Shown here one piece after another: positions 16,730 to 26,940 of a stretch of DNA of 64,000 bases. This DNA is from a virus, in the IMG/VR virus record IMGVR_UViG_3300032291_002944, positions 5,381 through 69,380 of that record; one strand, written 5' to 3'. Every line of letters begins with the position of its first letter. The stretch's first letter is position 1. Both the position numbers and the translations under genes were made by a program. Below the pieces are notes generated by a model that did no database searches, was not told the origin of the DNA, and saw nothing but the letters and a program-made list of their open reading frames with translations.

Positions 16730-18490
16730 GTGAATAAAGAACAACTAATAATTGAAGTTACGAAGTGCATGAGGAATACACCTTACGCACTTCGTACTTA
16801 TTTACAGACATACGATAATACAGTTTCAAAGTATGTCCCTTTAGACCTTTTCCCTGACCAAATATCTTTGATAGAAGATTACGACAATTACAATGAAAAT
16901 ATTGCTTTAAAGTACAGACAGGCAGGAGTTTCAACAGTAACGGCCGCTTGGGCATCTAAAAAATTAGCCTTTGCAAAAAAAACCAAGCCAGAAAAGATTC
17001 TAATAATTGCCAACAAACTTGATACGTCAATGGAGATGGCGAACAAAGTTAGAGGATTTGTTGAGCAATGGCCATCATGGGTAGGTATTGGATTCTCACA
17101 AGAGAAAAACTCACAAAGACACTTCAAACTAAATAATAATTGTGAAGTTAAGGCGGTTGCAACCTCAAAGGATGCACTACGTGGTTATACCCCAACAATT
17201 CTTATATTTGATGAAGCGGCCTTTATTGAAGCTGACAGTGATTTCTGGTCAGCTTGTATGGCTTCACTATCTACGGGTGGTAAAGTAATTGTGGTATCTA
17301 CGCCAAATGGTTATGATGCAATCTATTACGAAATCTATGACCAAGCATTAAGAGGAATGAATGATTTTAAAATCTCTGAAATGTATTGGCATCGTGACCC
17401 TCGTTACACAAAAGACTTGTATATGGTTAAAACCAATGATTTGGTTCACTATCTATTAAATAGAGAAGATTATCCTAAAGATGTTGTAATAGATTTATCT
17501 ATGAATAATCCATATGATAGAGACCATTCTGTAGTAACAAAGTACATTGAGGATGGGTACAAACCATGTTCTGCCTGGTTTGAAGGTATGGTTAAAAAAT
17601 TAAAATACGATAGACGTAAAGTAGCACAAGAATTAGAGTGTAATTTTTTGGGTTCAGGTGATAACGTATTTGATTCTGAGTTAATGCAAAATATTGCTAA
17701 AAATCAACTTAGAGAACCTCAAGCAAAGTTAATGGGTAGTGGATTATGGATATTCAAAGAACCTGTTAACGGCCATAAGTATGTGATGGGTGTTGACGTT
17801 TCAAGAGGAGACTCTGAAGACTTTTCATCTATCCAAATTATTGATTTTGACGAAAGAGAACAAGTATTAGAATATGTGGGGAAAGTACCGCCAGATGTTT
17901 TGGCAGAAATTGCCTACAAATGGGGTACAATGTATAATGCCTATTGCGTGGTTGACTTAACTGGTGGTATGGGTGTTGCAACTGCAAGAAAATTACAAGA
18001 ATTGTCTTATCAAGGTGGTTTCTATATTGATGGTGTTGATACCAGTAATAAATGGAAATGGGACCCAAAAGTTAATGACAAGATTCCTGGGATTAACTTT
18101 AACGCAAAAAGAGTTCAAATTATATCCGCCCTTGAGGAGGCTTGTAGACATGGATTTAGAATCTATTCAAATAGAACCTATAACGAAATGAATACTTTTA
18201 TTTATATCCATGGTAGACCTGACCACCAAAAAGGACACCATGATGACTGTATTATGGGTTTATCTATGGCAATTTATGTTGCAGAAAAATCATTCCAATC
18301 ATTAGAAAAAGTAACTAATCATACTAAGGCAATGATTAATTCTTGGTCAACCGCAGTTAATGAAAATAAAAACTCATCTGAGTTTTTCAATCCATTGGTT
18401 CCTCAAATGGGTAGAGATAGTATGGGACATAACAGAAGCACATCAAAAGAGGATTATCAAAAATATGGATGGTTATTTGGTGCTAGATAA
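16730..18490 (+). CDS. terL: Terminase large subunit (gp17-like)
   Basis: KYRQAGVST Walker A, LIFDEAAF Walker B, VSTPNG motif III, and nuclease motifs GVDVSRG and HDDCIM. Confidence 0.95.
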   Translation: MNKEQLIIEVTKCMRNTPYALRTYLQTYDNTVSKYVPLDLFPDQISLIEDYDNYNENIALKYRQAGVSTVTAAWASKKLAFAKKTKPEKILIIANKLDTSMEMANKVRGFVEQWPSWVGIGFSQEKNSQRHFKLNNNCEVKAVATSKDALRGYTPTILIFDEAAFIEADSDFWSACMASLSTGGKVIVVSTPNGYDAIYYEIYDQALRGMNDFKISEMYWHRDPRYTKDLYMVKTNDLVHYLLNREDYPKDVVIDLSMNNPYDRDHSVVTKYIEDGYKPCSAWFEGMVKKLKYDRRKVAQELECNFLGSGDNVFDSELMQNIAKNQLREPQAKLMGSGLWIFKEPVNGHKYVMGVDVSRGDSEDFSSIQIIDFDEREQVLEYVGKVPPDVLAEIAYKWGTMYNAYCVVDLTGGMGVATARKLQELSYQGGFYIDGVDTSNKWKWDPKVNDKIPGINFNAKRVQIISALEEACRHGFRIYSNRTYNEMNTFIYIHGRPDHQKGHHDDCIMGLSMAIYVAEKSFQSLEKVTNHTKAMINSWSTAVNENKNSSEFFNPLVPQMGRDSMGHNRSTSKEDYQKYGWLFGAR

Positions 18491-18527
18491 CTATTTATAA
18501 TTTCAAGGTTTTAAGTAAAATTGTATT

Positions 18528-20372
18528 ATGAATGATAATAATTTAACGGTATGGCAGAGGCTTTCTAAAACGTTCGGCCCGAATTCTTTACTAAAGCAAG
18601 ATTATCCAACTTTTAAGTTTGATAAGAAAGAACTTTTGCGTACAACAAATCGTGATGAATATGAAAAAGAAAAATTACAAGCCCAACAATCGTTTTATTT
18701 GTCTAATCAATGGTCTAAGGTTGAAAATAACTTATACTCTCAAGCAATTTATTATGAGCCATCAAGATTGTCTTCGCAGTACGATTATGAATCTATGGAG
18801 TATACTCCTGAGATTTCCGCAGCGCTAGATATCTATTCTGAAGAATCCACAACAACAAATGAAGATGGTTTCATTCTTCAAATTTATTCTGAATCAAAAA
18901 GAATTAAATCAGTATTAGCTGATTTATTCAATAACAATTTAGATATTAACACTAACTTACCAATGTGGACAAGAAACACTTGTAAGTATGGTGACAACTT
19001 TGTTTACTTAAAATTAGACCCTGAAAAAGGTATTGTTGGTGTACAACAGTTACCAACTATTGAAATTGAAAGACATGAGATTGGTGTGAATCAAAAAATT
19101 TCAGTAGACATTACTCAAGAACCTGATAAAGATAAAAAAGCATTACACTTTACTTGGAAGAACAAAAACATGGAATTCCAATCGTGGGAAATTGCCCACT
19201 TTAGATTATTGGGTGACGATAGAAAACTTCCTTATGGTACTTCTATGTTAGAAAAGGCCAGAAGAATTTGGAAACAATTATTGTTATCTGAAGATGCGAT
19301 GTTAATTTATCGTACATCAAGAGCACCTGAAAGAAGAATGTTCAAAGTATTCGTAGGTAATATGAATGACGATGATGTTGAAGCATACGTAAATCGTGTT
19401 GCCAACAAATTCAAAAGAGAACAAGTTGTTGATAGTAAAACTGGTAACGTTGATATGAGATTCAACCAAATGGCGGTTGACCAAGATTATTTTATCCCTG
19501 TTAGAGACCCAGCAGCTCCAGACCCAATTACAACTTTACCTGGTGCAACTAATCTTTCTGAAATTGCAGATATTGAATATATCCAAAAGAAATTATTAAC
19601 GGCTCTTCGTGTTCCTAAAGCATTTTTAGGTTTTGAAGAAGTTGTTGGTGATGGTAAAAACTTATCATTACAAGATATCCGTTTTGCTCGTACTATTAAT
19701 AGAATTCAAAAAAGTATGATTGCAGAATTGAATAAAATTGCAATCGTTCACTTATTTTTACTTGGATTTGAGGATGAGTTACAAAATTTTACATTAGGAC
19801 TTACAAATCCATCAACACAAGCCGATTTATTAAAAATTGATGTGTGGAAAGAAAAAGTATTATTATACAAAGATTTAGTTTCTGACCCAGGAAATGGTAT
19901 CCAACCAACTTCTTCAACATGGGCTAAGAAACATATTTTTGGATTCTCTGATGAGGAAATCAGACTTGATTTACAACAACAAAGAATTGAAAGAGCTGTT
20001 GGAGAAGAACTTAAAGCAACTCCAACTGTTATTACTAAAACAGGTTTATTTGACAATATTGACAAATTATATGGTAATGGAACTGCAGGAACTCCTGCGG
20101 CACCTGCTGCGGGTGGTGAAACAGAAATTGGAGGAGAACCATCTTTGGGAGGAGCATCTGAATTTGAGACCGCGGCTGGACCTGAAGAAACAACACCACC
20201 AGAATTACCCGCTGGACCTGAGGCTGAAATAACTCCAGAATCCAAAAATCCTAACATGAATATCCTATTAGAAAAAAGTATTTTTAGGGGGTCAACATTC
20301 TTAGATTTGGGTCAAGGACAAGAATCTTTAGGAGAAATTTCAAAAGAATTGGATAAGTTACTAAACTCGTAA
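18528..20372 (+). CDS. Portal protein (T4 gp20-like)
   Basis: PEISAALDIY, LSEDAMLIYRTSRAPERRMFKV, DYFIPVR, TLPGA and ALRVPK motifs. Confidence 0.93.
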   Translation: MNDNNLTVWQRLSKTFGPNSLLKQDYPTFKFDKKELLRTTNRDEYEKEKLQAQQSFYLSNQWSKVENNLYSQAIYYEPSRLSSQYDYESMEYTPEISAALDIYSEESTTTNEDGFILQIYSESKRIKSVLADLFNNNLDINTNLPMWTRNTCKYGDNFVYLKLDPEKGIVGVQQLPTIEIERHEIGVNQKISVDITQEPDKDKKALHFTWKNKNMEFQSWEIAHFRLLGDDRKLPYGTSMLEKARRIWKQLLLSEDAMLIYRTSRAPERRMFKVFVGNMNDDDVEAYVNRVANKFKREQVVDSKTGNVDMRFNQMAVDQDYFIPVRDPAAPDPITTLPGATNLSEIADIEYIQKKLLTALRVPKAFLGFEEVVGDGKNLSLQDIRFARTINRIQKSMIAELNKIAIVHLFLLGFEDELQNFTLGLTNPSTQADLLKIDVWKEKVLLYKDLVSDPGNGIQPTSSTWAKKHIFGFSDEEIRLDLQQQRIERAVGEELKATPTVITKTGLFDNIDKLYGNGTAGTPAAPAAGGETEIGGEPSLGGASEFETAAGPEETTPPELPAGPEAEITPESKNPNMNILLEKSIFRGSTFLDLGQGQESLGEISKELDKLLNS

Positions 20373-20398
20373 TATTTATATTCAAAATACCTTTAGAA

Positions 20399-21097
20399 AT
20401 GACGTTCGGACAAATCAAATCCACAATTGAAAACAGCTTGATTGAATCTTATCAAAACGAGAAAGATTTCAAAAAGTCACTTAAAGAATTCAAACACAAT
20501 GTTTTGAGTAATAAAACTATGTCAAAGATATATTCTTTGTATGACCAGTTAAGTACCCCTCAAAATTTATCCGAATCTGACGCTAAAGATTTTTTAGAAG
20601 AAGGCATTAATTTGATTCAAAAATTATTACCTATTATTAAATTGCCATCAACATTAACTGAAAATGTTGAAAATAAATATTCTCATATTGATTCTATTGT
20701 TTATCTAAATAAATTAGATTTACATGAAAGAATTAATTCTAAAAAGAGTATTATCAAAATTTTAACGTCAAACAATGGTATTTTAAAGGAATCTATTAAT
20801 ATTCCATTAAAATCTATGGTTAGTATTGCTAACCAAACACTAAAGAATTACATTGATACTCTTGATGAAAATTCTAAAAAAGAATTTTTTCTAATTATTT
20901 CAGAAGACACGGCGTCACTTGAGACTAAGTTTGAAACTATCCGTGAGAGTGCAGTAACTAAGCTTCAAACAATTTTAGAAAAAGAAGAGGAGTTTGAAAT
21001 GAAGACAAAGTTATCAGAAACAATTGATAGGATTAAAAACGAAAAGTTTGACCAAATGAATTTTTTAAAAATAAAAAATTTAGAGGAATCTCTTTAA
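20399..21097 (+). CDS. Hypothetical head-module protein
   Basis: 232 aa helical ORF between portal and protease; late motif at 20373. Confidence 0.65.
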   Translation: MTFGQIKSTIENSLIESYQNEKDFKKSLKEFKHNVLSNKTMSKIYSLYDQLSTPQNLSESDAKDFLEEGINLIQKLLPIIKLPSTLTENVENKYSHIDSIVYLNKLDLHERINSKKSIIKILTSNNGILKESINIPLKSMVSIANQTLKNYIDTLDENSKKEFFLIISEDTASLETKFETIRESAVTKLQTILEKEEEFEMKTKLSETIDRIKNEKFDQMNFLKIKNLEESL

Positions 21098-21279
21098 TCG
21101 TTGTTTAATTTTTGTTTATAGATTGCTTTTAATTTCTTCACTCTTTTGGTAATCGATTTCTTAATAAACTGTTTTCTTTCAAAAAGTATTTGATTTTGTT
21201 TAGTCTTGATAACTTTAGATTTTAAAGTCTTCAAGGCTCTCTCAATACTTTCGTTATTTTTGATTTCTATTATTAACAT
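21094..21279 (-). CDS. rpsU: Ribosomal protein bS21 (Bacteroidota-type)
   Basis: MLIIEIKNNESIERALKTLKSKV...RKQFIKKSITKR...KAIYKQ, 61 aa. Start reassigned to ATG at 21279. Confidence 0.9.
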   Translation of the reverse strand: MLIIEIKNNESIERALKTLKSKVIKTKQNQILFERKQFIKKSITKRVKKLKAIYKQKLNND

Positions 21280-21312
21280 ATAATACAAATATCTATAATT
21301 TTCACAAAATTT

Positions 21313-21341
21313 TTGACAATCGTTATAAAATGTGTTATTTT
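21313..21341 (+). promoter_or_regulatory. Sigma70-like promoter TTGACA-17-TATTTT
   Basis: Perfect -35 hexamer with a 17-nt spacer upstream of ORF 21379. Confidence 0.45.
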
Positions 21342-21378
21342 TTAAATACAAAATAAACGATTACCAATGTAACAGTTA

Positions 21379-21816
21379 ATGAAAAAAGGTAAAAGCGTAA
21401 AATTAAATCTATATAACCCGATTAAATCAGTATACGGGACTGTGGATTCAAAAAATTTAAAATCACTCTATATAAATATTCAATCTTGGGTAACGCCAAA
21501 AAAAGAGTACGATAATTGGAACCGAGTTGTTTCAAGTTTAAACAGAGACATTAAGACATCAGTATTTAATTCTATTGATATGTCAATATTCAAAGAAAGA
21601 AGTATTATTGACTTAGACTTAAGAACAAGTGGGCTATCCTACGGTAAAAAATCATTTTTAAATCTTGAAGTTAATTTATATACAAATCAAGAAATTGACT
21701 TTAAATCTCAAGAAATTAAAGAATCTGTTAAAATTATTATTAAAAATATATTTAATAATGCGGTTGAAAATAACAAATATTTTGATTTTTCAATTTCAAA
21801 AAATGAGGGAATCTAA
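21379..21816 (+). CDS. Hypothetical protein divergent from bS21
   Basis: 145 aa ORF. Confidence 0.7.
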   Translation: MKKGKSVKLNLYNPIKSVYGTVDSKNLKSLYINIQSWVTPKKEYDNWNRVVSSLNRDIKTSVFNSIDMSIFKERSIIDLDLRTSGLSYGKKSFLNLEVNLYTNQEIDFKSQEIKESVKIIIKNIFNNAVENNKYFDFSISKNEGI

Positions 21817-21857
21817 TAAAGATACTCTTTTGATATATTTATCTTAAAAAAGAATTA

Positions 21858-22580
21858 ATGAAAAATTTAAGAATCTTAGAGGCCAACGAATTAGGCCACG
21901 GAATATTAATTGAAATGGATGCTGGTACGGTATCACCAAAAGACCATCGTAATTTTGAAATTCTAAAAGAAGCCGCAACACTTGATTACAGAAATCCTTT
22001 TGAATTCTATGCTGTTCTACAAAAGTATGACACTCCAAATAGAAACGGTAGATTTTATCCTGAAAGAATTTTAAAGAGAGAGGCCGACAATTATAAGAAA
22101 GCAATTACTAAGGGTTTATCAACATCAGAACTTAACCACCCTGAGTCGTCATTGATTGACTTAGACAGAGTATCTCACATCATCACTGATATATGGTGGG
22201 ATAAGAATATATTGATGGGGAAACTCAAACTATTAACTTCACCAGGATTTCACGAAAGTGGAATTGTTTCAACAAAAGGAGACCAAGCGGCTAACTTAAT
22301 GAGACAAGGTGTAACAATGGGAGTTTCATCAAGAGGAGTAGGTTCGTTAAAAAAAGTGGGAGAAAGAAATGAAGTACAAGATGACTTTGAATTAATTTGT
22401 TTTGACTTAGTATCTTCACCATCAACACCTGGAGCTTATTTATTTTCTAATCCTGATGAAAGAAGTAAATATGAAGAGAATTTAGATGAAGAAAAAAGAA
22501 TGAAACAATCAATAGATACTACATCATCAAACAAATCACTTGACTTAATGAAAAAATTGAACGATTATTTAGGAAAATAA
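21858..22580 (+). CDS. Prohead core protease (T4 gp21-like)
   Basis: NRNGRFYP, ELNHP, RVSH, GVSSRGVGS and FDLVSSPSTPGA motifs. Confidence 0.93.
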   Translation: MKNLRILEANELGHGILIEMDAGTVSPKDHRNFEILKEAATLDYRNPFEFYAVLQKYDTPNRNGRFYPERILKREADNYKKAITKGLSTSELNHPESSLIDLDRVSHIITDIWWDKNILMGKLKLLTSPGFHESGIVSTKGDQAANLMRQGVTMGVSSRGVGSLKKVGERNEVQDDFELICFDLVSSPSTPGAYLFSNPDERSKYEENLDEEKRMKQSIDTTSSNKSLDLMKKLNDYLGK

Positions 22581-22589
22581 ATTAATAAT

Positions 22590-22799
22590 ATGGAAGAAAA
22601 ATATTTTGTTGCAAAAGTTCAGTATGATTTACCTGATGAAAATTCAGGAAAGATTAAAAAAATTAGAGAGGAAAAACTTGTTAAAGGTTACTCTGTGACA
22701 GATGTGGAAGCTAAAGTCACAAAAAAGTATGAAGGTTTTACACACGATTGGAGAATCACTTCAGTTTCTGAAAGTAAAATTGACGAAGTTATTGAATAA
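22590..22799 (+). CDS. DUF4494-like small protein
   Basis: YFVAKVQY..ENSGKIKKIREEKLV..SVTDVEAKV resembles the Bacteroidota DUF4494 pattern. Confidence 0.6.
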   Translation: MEEKYFVAKVQYDLPDENSGKIKKIREEKLVKGYSVTDVEAKVTKKYEGFTHDWRITSVSESKIDEVIE

Positions 22800-22803
22800 T
22801 TAT

Positions 22804-22831
22804 AAAAGTGGTCTTTGACCACTTTTTTTTT
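22804..22831 (+). terminator. Intrinsic terminator
   Basis: AAAAGTGGTC-TTT-GACCACTTTT followed by a T-tract. Confidence 0.8.
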
Positions 22832-22863
22832 GCTTAGACATATTTATTGTAAACACAAAAAAT

Positions 22864-23193
22864 ATGTTATTTAATCTATCTCTTAAAAATGTTGACGCAT
22901 CTATAGACTTATTTGTTGTAAGTGGTTCATCATGGTCCAATTGTTTATCTTATGCTGAAGGCACAGAAAAAGAAATTCAATCAATTATTTTGTCAAATTT
23001 TAATAATATTATTTTAAATGACACATCATTAAGTGGATTTTATTTAATTGTATTAAAAGACATAACAACATCAGATACATCAAATAATATCATTTATGAT
23101 ACATTTGATAATTCATCTACTTGGGCTCTAAGCCAATCAAATAAAGAAGTAATAAACATACAATATCAAAAAAGGTCGTTTATTGCTATCTAA
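22864..23193 (+). CDS. Hypothetical protein
   Basis: 109 aa ORF with a late motif at 22841. Confidence 0.6.
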   Translation: MLFNLSLKNVDASIDLFVVSGSSWSNCLSYAEGTEKEIQSIILSNFNNIILNDTSLSGFYLIVLKDITTSDTSNNIIYDTFDNSSTWALSQSNKEVINIQYQKRSFIAI

Positions 23194-23250
23194 AAAATAA
23201 ACTTTTTGAAATTTGATACTATTTATTAGGTATAAAAAAATTAATTTTTC

Positions 23251-24789
23251 ATGCAAGAAAATAAATCATTAGTACAAGAGGCACTCATTCAAATGAAAAA
23301 CGTTGAAGAGGCAATTGCCGAAAATGCAAAAGGAATACTTGCTTCAACAATGAAGGAAGAAATCAACCAATTAGTAAAAGAATCTCTATCGGAACAAGAT
23401 GAAGAAGAAGACGAGATTGAAATAGATGCTGCTATGCCATCATTAGGTGATGAAGAAGATGCAGTTGATAATGACGATATGGGAATGAACATTGATATGG
23501 ACATGAACATTGACTCTGACAGTCCAATAGATTTGACTGACGCTACTGACGAAGAAATTCTAAAAGTATTTAAGGCTATGGGTGAAGAAGACGGAATCAT
23601 TGTTAAAAAAGATGGCGACGAAATTCATTTATCAGACGATAATAACGATGTAGAATATTTAGTTAAACTTGGCGAATCAGAAGACGACGAAGAAACAATG
23701 AACGAAATGGATGAAACAGATGAATCAGTTGATGATGTTATCGCAGCAATTTTTGATGGCGATACTTCAGATGTAGAAGCTTCTGACCTTGAATATGAAG
23801 GGTACGAAATGGAAGAACAAGAAGACGACGAAGAAGTTGTTTACGAAATTTCATTAGATGAAGAAAACGAAGATGAATTGGACGAAGAAATGGAAGATGA
23901 AATGTACGAACAAGAAGAAGACTTGGACGAACAAGAAGAAGATTTAGATGAAGAATATTTCACTAATGAATCAAAATCTTCGGTAAAACCTAAAGGTGTT
24001 GGAATTGGTAAAGGACCAAAATTCTCTTATGACAATAAGGCAAAAGGAGGATTTGATGAGGACAAAAAAGAAGGTCCAAAATCAGTTGGTACTGGTAAAG
24101 CTAAATTTGAATACAAGAAAGGTGCTAACATGGAAGGTAAATCTAAAGTTGTTAAAGCGGAAACAAAAGAGGGTGATTACGGAATGAATAAGGGTGACAA
24201 ATCTAAGACTCACAAAGATGATGAAGATTACACTACTAAAAAAGGTGATACTCTAAAAAGAAAAGCGTTTGAAAAAGAAGAAACGAAAGAAGCTGCAAGA
24301 ACTTATGGAATGGGGTCCAAAGAAGGTAGAGGATTAAGAAAAGGTATTACAAACAACAGAAACTATGTTTATGATAACGGTGTAACTGTTGAATCTTTAG
24401 AAGCGGAAGTTTCTATGTTAAGAGAGAAAAATGAAGAATATAGAAAAGCATTAAATGTTTTCAGAGAGAAATTAACTGAAGTTGCTATATTCAATTCTAA
24501 TCTAGCTTACGCAACAAGATTGTTTACTGAACACTCTACAACTAAAAAAGAAAAAATTAACATTCTTAGAAGATTTGACGATGTTGATACACTTAAAGAA
24601 TCAAAAGGTCTTTATAAATCAATCAAAGAAGAATTAACTAAAGTGGATTCAAAATCAATAAATGAATCGGTAGGACAAAAAATTAATAACACAGTTTCTA
24701 CAGGTTCATCTACTACTTTAATTGAATCTAAAACTTATGAGAATCCTCAATTCATGAGAATGAAGGATTTAATGAGTAAGTTACAATAA
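23251..24789 (+). CDS. Prohead scaffold/core protein (gp22-like position)
   Basis: Very acidic, coiled-coil C-terminus, many L/I-x-E sites, directly upstream of the major capsid gene. Confidence 0.75.
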   Translation: MQENKSLVQEALIQMKNVEEAIAENAKGILASTMKEEINQLVKESLSEQDEEEDEIEIDAAMPSLGDEEDAVDNDDMGMNIDMDMNIDSDSPIDLTDATDEEILKVFKAMGEEDGIIVKKDGDEIHLSDDNNDVEYLVKLGESEDDEETMNEMDETDESVDDVIAAIFDGDTSDVEASDLEYEGYEMEEQEDDEEVVYEISLDEENEDELDEEMEDEMYEQEEDLDEQEEDLDEEYFTNESKSSVKPKGVGIGKGPKFSYDNKAKGGFDEDKKEGPKSVGTGKAKFEYKKGANMEGKSKVVKAETKEGDYGMNKGDKSKTHKDDEDYTTKKGDTLKRKAFEKEETKEAARTYGMGSKEGRGLRKGITNNRNYVYDNGVTVESLEAEVSMLREKNEEYRKALNVFREKLTEVAIFNSNLAYATRLFTEHSTTKKEKINILRRFDDVDTLKESKGLYKSIKEELTKVDSKSINESVGQKINNTVSTGSSTTLIESKTYENPQFMRMKDLMSKLQ

Positions 24790-24838
24790 AGTAAAAAATA
24801 AAAATAAAATAAAACTTAAAAACAAACTATACTAAAAA

Positions 24839-26638
24839 ATGGGAGCATTATTAGATTCAGGTCTTGTTGGTAATATAGGTCTTAAGCACCTTAAAGTTAT
24901 CAAAGAGGACACAATTAACAAATGGGACAAATTAGGATTCTTAGAGGGTCTTAAAGGTCACATGAGAGAAAACGTTGCACAATTATATGAAAACCAAGCA
25001 TCGTATTTAATTAACGAAGCATCATCTACATCTGATACAGGTGCATTTGAAACAGTTGTTTTTCCAATTGTTAGACGTGTATTCTCTAAATTATTAGCGA
25101 ATGATATCGTTTCAGTACAAGCTATGAATTTACCTATCGGTAAATTATTCTACTTCGTACCAAACATTCAATCTTACGAAGTTGAAACAGCGACTAATGG
25201 TCAACACTACGCACCTTATGGTTCACCAAACGCAAGTGCAGGTCAAACACCAAACAGTGGTTATGACTATAACAACACTAAAGACCTTTACGATAGATTC
25301 TACGAAGGTAACGAACCAGCTTTAGACCCACCAGGTTTATTTGACTATTCTAAAGGACAATTTTCTGCAATTACTGCTGAGGTTGGTACTGTAGCTTGGT
25401 TAGCTGACCAATTAGTTCCTTCTGCATATACTACTTCTGATTACAGAAAAGTATTAATCGTTATGTCAGGTTTCGCATCTGATGGAGCTGGTAAATTAAT
25501 CGGACCAGACGGTCAACCAATGGATAATGAAGCTTTCTTATCTGACTTAACTGTTTATGGTGTTGCTACTAACTGGTATACATCTGCTAACACAACTAAC
25601 CCTTACTTATTTAGAGTTGTAACTCAAAGATACGGTAAAGGTATTGTAAATTACGGTAATAACAACGCTACATTAGTATTCCCTAACAGTAAAACTGATG
25701 GTGGTCAATATGACAACTTATGTGATGCTCAAGGTAAGATTTACTTAGAGGTTGATTTACAAGTACCAGTTTGTATTACTTGTGGAGGTTCAATGGACGG
25801 TTACACAGGTTCTACATTCTCTTCTTCTACCGCTGCTGACAATGCGTTCACAGCAACTTATAGAATCTATAAGAACTTAGAATTTGAAGATAAAATTGGT
25901 GAGGTTTCATTTGATTTAATGTCAGTAACAGTTTCTGTAACTGAAAGAAAATTAAGAGCTCAATGGTCTCCAGAAATGGCACAAGACGTTGCAGCATTCC
26001 ACAACATTGATGCTGAAGCTGAATTAACAGCTTTATTATCTGAGCAAGTTGCAGCTGAGATTGACCGTGAAATCTTAAGAGATTTACGTAAAGGAGCAGC
26101 TTGGAACTTACGTTGGGATTACAATGGATGGAAGAGACTGGGCGGTAGTGCAGTACCTTACACTCAAAAAGACTGGAATCAAACTTTGATTACAGCTATC
26201 AACCAAATTTCAGCTCAAATCCACAAGTCTACTTTAAGAGGTGGAGCTAACTGGATTGTTGTTTCTTCTGAAATCAGTGCTATCTTTGATGACTTGGAGT
26301 ACTTCCACGTATCAAACGCAGCTCCTGAGCAAGACCAATACAACATGGGTATTGAAAGAGTAGGTACTTTAGCTGGTCGTTACCAAGTTTATAGAGACCC
26401 TTACTTCCCTGCTAACCAAGTGTTATTAGGTCACAAAGGTACATCTTTATTAGATACTGGTTACATCTACGCACCGTACGTACCTTTACAATTAACTCCA
26501 ACAATGTACAATCCGTTTAACTTTACACCAATCAAAGGTATCATGACTAGATACGCTAAGAAAATGGTTAATAACAGATTCTACGGACGTATCACAGTTG
26601 ACGGTGTTAGAACTTTCGACTTAAGAGAATTGAGATAA
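24839..26638 (+). CDS. Major capsid protein (T4 gp23-like)
   Basis: PIVRRVF..LANDIVSVQAM, RKLRAQWSPEMAQD...DAEAEL..EIDREI, YAPYVPL and GIMTRYA motifs. Probable maturation site LINE60/A61. Confidence 0.96.
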   Translation: MGALLDSGLVGNIGLKHLKVIKEDTINKWDKLGFLEGLKGHMRENVAQLYENQASYLINEASSTSDTGAFETVVFPIVRRVFSKLLANDIVSVQAMNLPIGKLFYFVPNIQSYEVETATNGQHYAPYGSPNASAGQTPNSGYDYNNTKDLYDRFYEGNEPALDPPGLFDYSKGQFSAITAEVGTVAWLADQLVPSAYTTSDYRKVLIVMSGFASDGAGKLIGPDGQPMDNEAFLSDLTVYGVATNWYTSANTTNPYLFRVVTQRYGKGIVNYGNNNATLVFPNSKTDGGQYDNLCDAQGKIYLEVDLQVPVCITCGGSMDGYTGSTFSSSTAADNAFTATYRIYKNLEFEDKIGEVSFDLMSVTVSVTERKLRAQWSPEMAQDVAAFHNIDAEAELTALLSEQVAAEIDREILRDLRKGAAWNLRWDYNGWKRLGGSAVPYTQKDWNQTLITAINQISAQIHKSTLRGGANWIVVSSEISAIFDDLEYFHVSNAAPEQDQYNMGIERVGTLAGRYQVYRDPYFPANQVLLGHKGTSLLDTGYIYAPYVPLQLTPTMYNPFNFTPIKGIMTRYAKKMVNNRFYGRITVDGVRTFDLRELR

Positions 26639-26658
26639 TCAATATTCTTGATGATAGT

Positions 26659-26689
26659 AAAAAAGGGACAAGTAATTGTCCCTTTTTTT
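26659..26689. terminator. Bidirectional intrinsic terminator after the capsid gene
   Basis: AAAAAAGGGACAA-GTAA-TTGTCCCTTTTTT between convergent genes. Confidence 0.85.
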
Positions 26690-26912
26690 ATTCGTCAGTT
26701 TTTATTGAATTTAATATTCTTATTGATTTAGAAATTAATTCGGCTTCTTGAAGAGAATATATACTATGTTGATGGGCATATTCTAATGCTTGTATTAACA
26801 TATAAAATGCCTGGTCAAAGTTTAAGTTATTAACTATCAGTTCAATGTCTTCAGGTTTATAATAGGCAACACTATTAAAAAGTAATCCTAATGGTTTTTT
26901 TTCTTGTTCCAT
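26688..26912 (-). CDS. Hypothetical protein
   Basis: 74 aa ORF converging on the terminator. Confidence 0.6.
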   Translation of the reverse strand: MEQEKKPLGLLFNSVAYYKPEDIELIVNNLNFDQAFYMLIQALEYAHQHSIYSLQEAELISKSIRILNSIKTDE

Positions 26913-26940
26913 AATGTGTTATTGCGATATTTATAATAAT

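Noticed and set aside
12882-20257. Several long antisense ORFs (12882-13196, 14880-15431, 19748-20257)
   Set aside because: They are low-complexity mirror translations of strongly supported plus-strand genes.
21280-21351. N-terminal extension of bS21 given by the ORF track
   Set aside because: Homology starts at MLII (21279), and the extension overlaps promoter elements.
16730-26638. Introns or inteins in terminase, portal or capsid genes
   Set aside because: The ORFs are continuous with no intein splice motifs, and the extra capsid length looks like an insertion domain.
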